Below, one piece after another: positions 51,590 through 59,376 of a stretch of 64,000 nucleotides of DNA (positions within the stretch are counted from its first letter, which is position 1; the number at the start of each line of letters is the position of its first letter). Source of the stretch: an uncultured Rivularia sp. Lineage in GTDB: Bacteria; Cyanobacteriota; Cyanobacteriia; Cyanobacteriales; Nostocaceae. The notes below the pieces were generated by a model that saw only the letters and a list, made by a program, of their open reading frames with translations, ran no database searches and had not been told where the DNA came from. The translations under genes and the position numbers were made by a program. The stretch covers positions 608,001 to 672,000 of the forward strand of contig OY762007.1 of assembly GCA_963665115.1 (NCBI GenBank), read 5' to 3'.

Positions 51590-51928
51590 TTAATCCTTTT
51601 CAAACACACCCATTTCACCAAGACGAATCGTCACAATTTCTACATCTGTAATCGCTTTGTGAGAACCGTTTTTAGCGTTTGCAGGAGTAAACCAGAATGT
51701 TCCGGCTTGACACTCTTTTCCTCCAGTTTCGATAGTTCCTTCGAGAACATAAACATACTCGTCGCAAGGGTGAGAATGAATCGGAATTACGGTACCAGCA
51801 CTCATGCGTAATTTATGAATTGAGCCTTGGGGAACTGGTTGAGCTAATGGGAGGATTTCTGTCCCCAGAAAAGAAGGGAGTTTATCCCATTCTTCTGTAT
51901 TGGTGTCGATGAAATTTTGTTGGGACAT
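51590..51928 (-). CDS. Cupin domain protein (ChrR-like)
   Basis: PIHSHPCDEYVYVLEG...FTPANAKNGSH; ATG at 51928. Confidence 0.85.
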   Translation of the reverse strand: MSQQNFIDTNTEEWDKLPSFLGTEILPLAQPVPQGSIHKLRMSAGTVIPIHSHPCDEYVYVLEGTIETGGKECQAGTFWFTPANAKNGSHKAITDVEIVTIRLGEMGVFEKD

Positions 51929-51968
51929 TTGTAAATATCTGGTTTTATAATCATTCCAATTAATTTCC

Positions 51969-52022
51969 GTAGTGCGAGCATCTTGCTCGCTCGGTACTAG
52001 CGAGCAAGATGCTCGCACTACA
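51969..52022. repeat. Palindromic dispersed repeat GTAGTGCGAGCATCTTGCTCGC...GCGAGCAAGATGCTCGCACTAC
   Basis: Perfect long palindrome; a half copy lies at about 7748-7775. Confidence 0.75.
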
Positions 52023-52077
52023 AATCAATCGGTTTCTATTTAGAATCGCTATATAACTTTGTATGTAGCCTTTAAAA

Positions 52078-52135
52078 AACCTCACCCCTCCCCTTCCCCT
52101 CTCCTTAGCAAGGAGAAGGGAAGGGGGTGAGGTTT
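52078..52135. repeat. GC-rich long palindrome (dispersed repeat or terminator)
   Basis: AACCTCACCCC...CCTCTCCTTAGCAAGGAGAAGG...GGGGTGAGGTT. Confidence 0.65.
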
Positions 52136-52614
52136 CAGCTAATCAATATTTTCGGTAACTGGTTACAAAGTTTTTCTTCCCATCCTCCATTTAAATAAGA
52201 TTCCAGAATAAAACTTTGGGATGGTTTTACATTTACAGGCTGCAATTGAGAATAAACTGGCTTTCTCGTACCTGTAAAAGCAGTTTCTCTAATTCGATGT
52301 TCCAAACGTAACCGCGTACCGCCTTCAACAGCTTTCAATGTCCAAGTAACGATAGATGGCTGACTCATCATGCAGTCTTGCCAGGTGTAAACCAGACGCT
52401 TTGCTTCTTGAATTTCGATTACTTCGCATCTAATATTCGTATCTATTCCCGGCAAAGACTTACTGTAAAAACAAAATTTACACCCGACTCGCGGCTCAAA
52501 GTCGTTTTCCATCAACCATGCAGCCAAAGCGCGGCTGTTCGTTATCACCTGCCAAACTTTTTCTGGTGGATGGGGATAAAATACCTCTTTATTTAGCTTA
52601 TTTAATCCGATCAT
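52135..52614 (-). CDS. SRPBCC/AHSA1-like (START-fold) protein
   Basis: PPEKVWQVIT..LAAWLMENDFEPRVG and GTRLRLEH; overlaps the ArsR stop (ATGA). Confidence 0.9.
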   Translation of the reverse strand: MIGLNKLNKEVFYPHPPEKVWQVITNSRALAAWLMENDFEPRVGCKFCFYSKSLPGIDTNIRCEVIEIQEAKRLVYTWQDCMMSQPSIVTWTLKAVEGGTRLRLEHRIRETAFTGTRKPVYSQLQPVNVKPSQSFILESYLNGGWEEKLCNQLPKILIS

Positions 52615-52931
52615 GATTCCTCCAAATAATCGCCGAGAGCATCAAGTTTTTCTTGCCAAAATTCTTCGTAATTAGCAATCCAAGCTGACACTTGCTTCAA
52701 TGGCTCTGGCTTCAGCTTATACAAACGCTGGCGACCTGATTTACGCATTTCTACTAAGTTCGATTCACACAATATTTGCAGATGCTGAGAAATAGCCGGT
52801 AAACTGATCGCAAAGGGTTCTGCTAACTGTTTTACAGGCTGCTCTCCAGTAAGCAATAAATCCAATATTGCCCTTCGGGTTGGATCTGCAATTGCTTGAA
52901 AAATATCTGCACTCGCGGATTGTCGGCTCAT
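52611..52931 (-). CDS. ArsR/SmtB family transcriptional regulator
   Basis: FQAIADPTRRAILDLL, AISQHLQIL and GRQRLY. Confidence 0.93.
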   Translation of the reverse strand: MSRQSASADIFQAIADPTRRAILDLLLTGEQPVKQLAEPFAISLPAISQHLQILCESNLVEMRKSGRQRLYKLKPEPLKQVSAWIANYEEFWQEKLDALGDYLEES

Positions 52932-53016
52932 ATTAATTGACAGAGGGAGCAGAAAGGTCAAAAGTAGGAAACAGAAAGTTTATAAAATTTCCTTCATAAA
53001 TCTACTCAAAATATAT

Positions 53017-53064
53017 TTAAGCAATTACTTAACTATTATATTTAAGCATTTAGTTAAATGTCAA
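53017..53064 (-). promoter_or_regulatory. Sigma70-type promoter of the arsR-SRPBCC operon overlapped by two TTAAG-N6-(C/G)TTAA inverted repeats (probable autoregulatory operator)
   Basis: Minus strand TTGACA (53064-53059), N18, TATAAT (53040-53035); palindromes at 53017-53032 and 53042-53057. Confidence 0.7.
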
Positions 53065-53278
53065 TGTTTACAGATATTAATTTTTTCCTGAATCCTAGTA
53101 TGTAGAGGTGGAACAAGATTTATTGATTATTGTCTATTAGTATTCTTGGGATGCAGGCTTTATATATTGTTGTCATAGATTGAATTAATAGGCTAAAACT
53201 AAAATCTCACAATTATATTATTTAAGTAGATTGGCAGTATTTTTACGTAGGAGAATATCAACAAAGGTAAAAATACAA

Positions 53279-54925
53279 ATGAAATATAGTGGGAGAAGTT
53301 TAAAGATATTCGTAAGTTTATTTTGTACATTAATGATTGGACAGTTGGCAGATAAACCATTACAGGCAGCGGAAACCGTAGTAGTTCGTTACGGTGCGTT
53401 TGCGGAATCTATTTCGATTGCTGAATTAGAAAACGTCGCGAAAACAGGCGAATTTCCCGAAAGTTTCAAATCTTACACTAATAAGTTATCTGAAAATCAG
53501 CGCAAATTGATTGTGGGAGCATTGAGAACAAATGTTCCAATTAATGTTGCGACTATGATTAATTTACTTAGTACACAAATTGGTTCGACAATTTTAGAAG
53601 ATTTAGCCACGGTGATACACCGAGAAGATGATGCGGGAGCAAAAGCCCTCAGAGAAAGTTTAATATTGGGAGCTAGGGAACCCAAAGGTTTTTCTCTGCT
53701 TTCTTCTATTGCAGCTTATCCCGGCGAACGTTTAGAAATTAATTTATCTCAAGCATTTAAAGTATTCAAAAATTTAAATACAGCATTTTGGCAAACTCAA
53801 CAATTTATGAGTGCGATCGCACCTCAACTTGCGAGTAGAGATCCCCAGCTTTCATTACCAATGGATGCGACTCAAGCGGGAAGCGGCGAGGTTGAAGAAT
53901 TTAATTTAAATTTGAACGATGACAAACGAGATAGAAACCTTCCCGTTGATATATATTGGTCGAATATTGCGAGTGTAGAAAAGCCGGTTATCGTATTTAG
54001 TCACGGTATGGGTTCGGTTCGTAACGAGTTACGCTACTTAGCGAGACACCTTGCATCTTATGGTTTTGTAGTTGCAGCTTTAGAACATCCCGGTAGTAAT
54101 GAAGCGAATACCAAGGCTGCAATTGCAGGTAAAACTAGACTTTTAAAACCGCAAGAGTTTTTACAACGCCCTCAAGATATCAGCTTTGTGATAGATGAGT
54201 TAGAAAAGCTGAATAAAACAGCAGATAATCCTCTACAAGGAAAACTTGCAACTAATAAAGTAATGGTGGTGGGATATTCCTTGGGTGGTGGAACAGCTTT
54301 ATCCATCGCTGGAGCGCGTTTGCAGCCAGAAAGTCTCAGAAAACGCTGTACGGAGAACTTAGCGATTTTAAGCTTTGGGCAAGGTTTACAATGCATAGCG
54401 CAGGAATTACCAGAAAATAGCTATCAACTGCGTGACAAACGAGTAAAAAGGATAGTTGCTCTTAATCCCACAAGCTCCTTAATGTTTGGTGAAACAGGTT
54501 TGGAATCCGTAGAAGTCCCTACTTTAGTTTTAGCGAGTTCAGCCGATAAAACCAACCCCGCTTTAACCGAACAAATAATAGGTTTCGGCAAGATTCCCTC
54601 ACCGAAATGGCTGGTTGGCGTAGTTGGAGGTACGCATTTAAGCGTAAAAGATCCTAGTGCTACCGTGAGTCAGAAAGGAAAACCCAATACTCCTTTGAGC
54701 GGTGGTGAAGTAATCGGGGAAAAAGCTGCTGATATTCGTAAATTCGTCAAAACTATTGTTTTAGCCTTTGCCGCTCAAATGACTCCAGAAGCCGACAAAT
54801 ATAAAGTGTTTCTCACAGCAGATTACGCTCAAATTGCTTCCACCGAAGAATTCCCATTTCGTCTGGTAACAGAAATTACAGATGATGCTGCAAAAGCGAT
54901 CGAGACAGTTATCAGTGAGGAGTGA
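53279..54925 (+). CDS. DUF1400 + alpha/beta hydrolase (cyanobacterial, secreted)
   Basis: Signal peptide ..LQAAETVVVRYG, FSHGMGS, GYSLGG and GGTHLS. Confidence 0.88.
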   Translation: MKYSGRSLKIFVSLFCTLMIGQLADKPLQAAETVVVRYGAFAESISIAELENVAKTGEFPESFKSYTNKLSENQRKLIVGALRTNVPINVATMINLLSTQIGSTILEDLATVIHREDDAGAKALRESLILGAREPKGFSLLSSIAAYPGERLEINLSQAFKVFKNLNTAFWQTQQFMSAIAPQLASRDPQLSLPMDATQAGSGEVEEFNLNLNDDKRDRNLPVDIYWSNIASVEKPVIVFSHGMGSVRNELRYLARHLASYGFVVAALEHPGSNEANTKAAIAGKTRLLKPQEFLQRPQDISFVIDELEKLNKTADNPLQGKLATNKVMVVGYSLGGGTALSIAGARLQPESLRKRCTENLAILSFGQGLQCIAQELPENSYQLRDKRVKRIVALNPTSSLMFGETGLESVEVPTLVLASSADKTNPALTEQIIGFGKIPSPKWLVGVVGGTHLSVKDPSATVSQKGKPNTPLSGGEVIGEKAADIRKFVKTIVLAFAAQMTPEADKYKVFLTADYAQIASTEEFPFRLVTEITDDAAKAIETVISEE

Positions 54926-55026
54926 GGAGTGAGTTGGGAGTTGGGAGTTGGGAGTTGGGAGGAGGGAGGAGGGAGTAGGGAGTAGGGAGTAGGGAGTAGG
55001 GAGTAGGGAGTAGGGAGTAGGGAGTT
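54914..55026. repeat. Short tandemly repeated heptamers (STRR): (GTGAGGA)/(GGGAGTT)/(GGGAGTA)n
   Basis: About 16 tandem 7-mers, partly overlapping the upstream stop codon. Confidence 0.9.
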
Positions 55027-55104
55027 TATTTCCCCTTGTCCCCATCTCCGTAATCCACGGAGGCTTTACTTAATATATACAAAACAATTCAGTGTCAAGC
55101 CTGA

Positions 55105-55153
55105 TTGACATTATGTAATGATTTCATTAAGATTGGTTACATAAGTTCACAAA
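55105..55153 (+). promoter_or_regulatory. Sigma70 promoter with an HLR1-like (RpaB) direct repeat over the start site
   Basis: TTGACA (55105-55110), N17, TAAGAT (55128-55133); GTTACATA-AG-TTCACAAA at 55136-55153. Confidence 0.7.
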
Positions 55154-55271
55154 AGCTTGGTTTATATAGCTTTGATGTGAATTAATAAGATTTGAAATTT
55201 TCAATATCTTTAACAACGGTAGACATTTGGTTTTCTTCAATAGACCTCGGATTGAGACCCGAGGTTTTTTT
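55140..55271 (+). ncRNA. psrR1: Probable PsrR1 (SyR1)-family small RNA
   Basis: About 130 nt between the promoter and the terminator ACCTCGG...CCGAGGTTTTTTT, with no ORF. The 5' ACATAAGT and 3' GGTTTTCTTCAATAG.CCTCGG segments resemble PsrR1 as recalled. Confidence 0.65.
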
Positions 55272-55298
55272 GTCTATGTTATTTTCAGGACTGACGCT

Positions 55299-55562
55299 AG
55301 TACAGCACGCCGGAAAGGGCGCACCTATTTAAGACGCACTACACGAACAAACGGTTGAAACCTCGATCCTATAATACTTTTGTTAGCGTAGCGTGTCCGC
55401 AAGACGTCTTTTAAATGCCGGACTTTTGACGAACGCCCAGCGGTACTAGTAGTCCAGCAACGAAACTATGCGGGGTTAATAATGAGAAAAAAAGTCCTGA
55501 ATCTTCCCCCACTCTCCCCTCCTTACCCTCACCCAGCATTTTTGGATTGGTCAAGTACTAGT
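55299..55562. repeat. Cluster of adjacent MITE-like elements with TAGTAC/GTACTA ends containing a small nested repeat
   Basis: tagtacagc...gcggtactag and tagtagtcc...caagtactag; GTTAGCGTAGCGTGTCC at 55382. Confidence 0.45.
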
Positions 55563-55718
55563 AGGTAGCTGAGAAAATAGTTAGTCGAACAAAGAAGATT
55601 TTTAATTCGCGGAATTTAAGAGCGATGCCGATGATAATTAAGATGATTACTTTATGGTTTGAAACTAGGATACTTGCCAATAATTAATAAAAGATTCTTC
55701 ATAAGTGCCCTGTTTTAA

Positions 55719-56519
55719 TTATTCTGATGTTTCTAAGTTCTTTTCACAATAAAATAAGACTTCTTTATCACTAATTCCCATATACTCGAACTGATTTGGG
55801 TCAACTATATCATTTGCCCGAACTACGGTTACCCCAAACCCTGCTTCTTTCAATCGCTTCTCAAAATCCCATCCATAAAAGCGGACATGATCTTGCTGAC
55901 CAAAGCGCTTTTCACGCTCTGTTGGATCGGTAACTTCTGGATCTTCATCAGTAAGCTTCTTCATGCGAATAGGCACCATAAATACTGCCCAACCGCCAGA
56001 AGAAAGCACGCGGAAAAACTCACGTAGCGCCTTTTTGTCGTCTGGAATATGTTCCATAACATGGCTACAGAAGATAGCGTCAAATGAACTATCAGGAAAA
56101 GGAATCTCTGTGACATCCATCTTAACCATCACTTGTGGTTTATATAGATCGCCTGTCACATAATCAAGATTATTAACTCGTTTTAATCTTGGCTCGAATG
56201 CTACCTCTGGTGCTATATGTAGCATCTTTTTAGGCTTCTCATCAAAAAGGTTAGTGTGGCTCTGTAGGAATAGCCAAGCTAATCTGTGCCATCTCATTGA
56301 TGTACAAACTGGACACCATAGCTTGGCAATATGCCCAAAACGTTGATATTCACTAATATGGTTTTCACAGACGGGGCAATAGTAATTTCGTCCGTGGAAT
56401 AAACCTTTTTTAACTTTGTCGGGAAGACAAAGCAGTACCTTCATCTGTGCAGTCGATAAGAGCATCTGACGGTGACGAGGAAGACCAATCAGTTTCATTT
56501 TAGATAGCAGCAAATTCAT
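55719..56519 (-). CDS. Class I SAM-dependent methyltransferase with an N-terminal CxxC pair
   Basis: CPVC...CPVC, LHIAPE, FDAIFCSHVMEHIPDD..ALREFFRVL..GG and RFGQQDHVR. Confidence 0.88.
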   Translation of the reverse strand: MNLLLSKMKLIGLPRHRQMLLSTAQMKVLLCLPDKVKKGLFHGRNYYCPVCENHISEYQRFGHIAKLWCPVCTSMRWHRLAWLFLQSHTNLFDEKPKKMLHIAPEVAFEPRLKRVNNLDYVTGDLYKPQVMVKMDVTEIPFPDSSFDAIFCSHVMEHIPDDKKALREFFRVLSSGGWAVFMVPIRMKKLTDEDPEVTDPTEREKRFGQQDHVRFYGWDFEKRLKEAGFGVTVVRANDIVDPNQFEYMGISDKEVLFYCEKNLETSE

Positions 56520-56572
56520 GAATTACTATCTCCTTTGTATTAATACCTAACTATAATAAAACCTATTTTTCG

Positions 56573-56860
56573 GAAAGTGAAGCTGCTGCTGGTTCGATAA
56601 GAATTGAAGCCAATAGCTTATAAGTAAAAAAGAATACTGAAGTTTCTGTAAGTAGCACGGGAACGGGAAATGGTGGGAATATTGAATTAAAAGCTGATTT
56701 TATTAGATTAAAAAATCAAGGGAAACTAATAGCAGAAACGGCATTGGGTAACGGAGGTAATATTAATTTAGCAAGCGATAAATTATTGCTGTTGCGTAAC
56801 AATAGTCTTGTATCAGCACAAGCAGGAGGAAATGGAAATGGTGGCAATTTGATTCTATAA
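56573..56860 (+). pseudogene. Fragment of a filamentous-hemagglutinin-like (TpsA-type) beta-helical protein
   Basis: Translates to AAGSIRIEANSL*...TGTGNGGNIELKADFIRLKNQGKLIAETALGNGGNINL..LLLLRNNSLVSAQAGGNGNGGNL*. It has no start codon and an internal TAA at 56621. Confidence 0.8.
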
Positions 56861-56994
56861 TAAAAGATTAAAAAACCGATGCTTGACGCGGAGGGCGCGG
56901 AGGAAAGAGGTAGAGAAAAATAGATTGTGTTATATGCAAATTGAAAGAATAAAAGATTAAGATTATTGTATAAGCGCTTAACATTAACATCAAT

Positions 56995-58428
56995 ATGCAA
57001 ACAGTTCAAAAATCTTCAAAAAAAGCTTGGGCTAAAGCTTTTCAAAAGCCTGCAACGGAATTTCCTTTGACTCCACTTTCAATAATTGAAGGTGAAATAC
57101 CCGCAAGTTTAAATGGTACCCTTTATCGTAACGGACCGGGAAGGTTGGAACGTGGTGGTATTTCTGTGGGACATTGGTTTGATGGGGATGGTGCTATTCT
57201 TGCGGTTCATTTTAATTCAACTTCAAATCTCCCTCCTTCACAAGGGGGTGCTTCAGCGATTTACCGTTACGTGCAAACTGAGGGATTCAAAGAAGAAGCA
57301 AGTGCAGGAAAATTGCTTTACGGTAATTATGGGATGACAGCACCAGGGGCAGTTTGGAATCAGTGGTGGAAACCAATTAAAAATGCTGCAAATACTTCGG
57401 TTTTAGCTTTACCTGATAAACTTTTGGCTCTATGGGAAGGTGGAAATCCTCACAAACTCGATTTACATAATCTCGATACTTTAGGAAAAGATAATTTAGA
57501 GCAATTGGATGATGAAATAGGATATTCCGCACATCCGAAGGTTGATTCTGAAACGGGAGAAATTTTTAATTTTGGTGTTTCACCTGGGTTAAATTCAACG
57601 CTTAATATTTACAAAAGCGATGCTACGGGGAAAATTCTTAAGAAAGCTGCACATCAATTAGATGGTGTACCTTTATTACATGATTTTGTTTTAGCGGGAG
57701 GATATTTAGTCTTTTTTATTCCTCCGGTGCGGTTAAATTTATTAATGCCAGCAGTTGGATTGAGTTGCTTTAGCGATTCTTTAGAATGGCAGCCTAGTAA
57801 AGGTACTCAAATTTTAGTTTGCGATCGCGATACTTTAAATATTATCAGTCGTAGTGAAACGGAGCCTTGGTTTCAATGGCATTTCTCTAATGGTTATATA
57901 GATGATAATGGCTCTGTAATTGTTGATATTGCTAGTTATGAAGACTTTCAAACCAATCAATATCTTAAAGAAGTTCCCACAGGTGAGACTCATACAGCTT
58001 CCAAAAGTACCTTAACAAGAGTAAATTTGAATCCGCAAACTGGTAAAGTTAGTAATATAGAAACATTATTCGATCGACATTGCGAATTTCCGATCGTACC
58101 GCAGCAGAATGTAGGAAAATCTTCTCGATATACTTATCTTTCCACCGTTAAGGAAGGTACTGATATTAGTAAAGAGATATTAAATAGTATTGCTTGCTTC
58201 GATCGTAAAACTGATACTATCACCGAAGCAAACTTTGGCGAAAATCTTTATCCTTCAGAACCAATTTACGCGAATGGTTTTATTTTAACGGTTGTTTATG
58301 ATGGTAATTCCGATCGTAGCGAATTATGGATATTTGATGCCGATAGGTTAAATGAAAAACCCGTTTGTAAATTGAGTTTACCCAGCGTCATTCCTCCCGG
58401 TTTTCACGGTACTTGGAAAGATAGATAA
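56995..58428 (+). CDS. Carotenoid cleavage dioxygenase (RPE65/CCD family)
   Basis: GTLYRNGPG, HWFDGDG and four Fe-His motifs: SAHPK, LHDF, WHFSN, GFHGTW. Confidence 0.94.
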   Translation: MQTVQKSSKKAWAKAFQKPATEFPLTPLSIIEGEIPASLNGTLYRNGPGRLERGGISVGHWFDGDGAILAVHFNSTSNLPPSQGGASAIYRYVQTEGFKEEASAGKLLYGNYGMTAPGAVWNQWWKPIKNAANTSVLALPDKLLALWEGGNPHKLDLHNLDTLGKDNLEQLDDEIGYSAHPKVDSETGEIFNFGVSPGLNSTLNIYKSDATGKILKKAAHQLDGVPLLHDFVLAGGYLVFFIPPVRLNLLMPAVGLSCFSDSLEWQPSKGTQILVCDRDTLNIISRSETEPWFQWHFSNGYIDDNGSVIVDIASYEDFQTNQYLKEVPTGETHTASKSTLTRVNLNPQTGKVSNIETLFDRHCEFPIVPQQNVGKSSRYTYLSTVKEGTDISKEILNSIACFDRKTDTITEANFGENLYPSEPIYANGFILTVVYDGNSDRSELWIFDADRLNEKPVCKLSLPSVIPPGFHGTWKDR

Positions 58429-58549
58429 ATAATTACAACGTATTATTTTGGGTTAAAACTGCATAAGCTTAAAACGCTGACACCTATTGATTAATAACTT
58501 AGAGCATACGAGTTTAGAAACATTCTCTGAGATTAACTAAAAACTTTAT

Positions 58550-59315
58550 GTGTTAGCGATTTCCATGACTTCAAGACAGATAAAAAAATCATGTTCACAA
58601 AAAATCAACAAATTAGCTGCCGCTGGTTTAGTAGTATGTTCTACTTTAACTACATCATTTTTAACGCTTGAGCCGAGTCAAGCTCGTAGCATTTCCAATA
58701 ACAGCGGTAATATCACACCAGCAAAAACACAACTTATTGCTCAGTCTCGGGGTAATTTATCACAATTCCTCAGAAAACTTGCTATTAGGGAAACAGGAAG
58801 AAAAAATCCTCCTTCTGACATTGAAAATCGTTTAGGTTTTATAGGTAAATTCCAATTTGGAGAAGCTTTACTTGTGGATCTCGGATACTATAAAAGTAGT
58901 CCTAATCCCATATATAAATCCTGGGTAAGTAATAATCCTTCCAAAAATTTATGGAAGAATGGATGGACGGGTAAAAGGGGGATTAGTAGTAAAAGAGATT
59001 TCCTTCAAAATAAGAATAAAGTCCAAGAAGTTGCGATGGGTGAAGCTTTAGCACTGAAACTGTAAGTATCTCAACAGTTTTCTTCAACGAAAAGGAAGTT
59101 CTATTAATAAATATTTGGGACGTAAAAAGAATGGAGTAACTGTGACTACTTCTGGAATTCTGGCTGCTGCTCATCTAAATGGTGCCCAAGCTGCTGCCGA
59201 TTTACTGGTTAATGGTAAAGTATCCAGGGATGAAAATGGTACTTCTATTGTCGCTTACCTAAAGGAATTTGGTGGATATCAAATTCCCAGTCGGTACGCT
59301 GGTAGCTGTAAATAA
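58550..59315 (+). CDS. Secreted lysozyme/transglycosylase-like protein; apparent +1 frameshift at AAA 59057-59059
   Basis: Signal peptide, RE..., ENRLGFIGKFQFGE and SGILAAAHLNG. Removing one A gives ALNCKYLNSFLQRKGSSINKYLGRKK. Confidence 0.7.
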
Positions 59316-59376
59316 ATGAGGAAACCGCACACCAAATTGAATAATATCCATATGGTGTGGGTAATCCGTTTGTAAT

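Noticed and set aside
46577..52931. True integron
   Set aside because: No integrase is present, and the palindromes are heterogeneous and lack consistent attC R-box structure.
54914..55026. CRISPR array
   Set aside because: These are 7-bp tandem repeats without unique spacers, and there are no cas genes.
1770..57828. Recurrent GCGATCGC octamers as a novel signal
   Set aside because: This is the well-known cyanobacterial HIP1 palindrome, used here only as a taxonomic clue.
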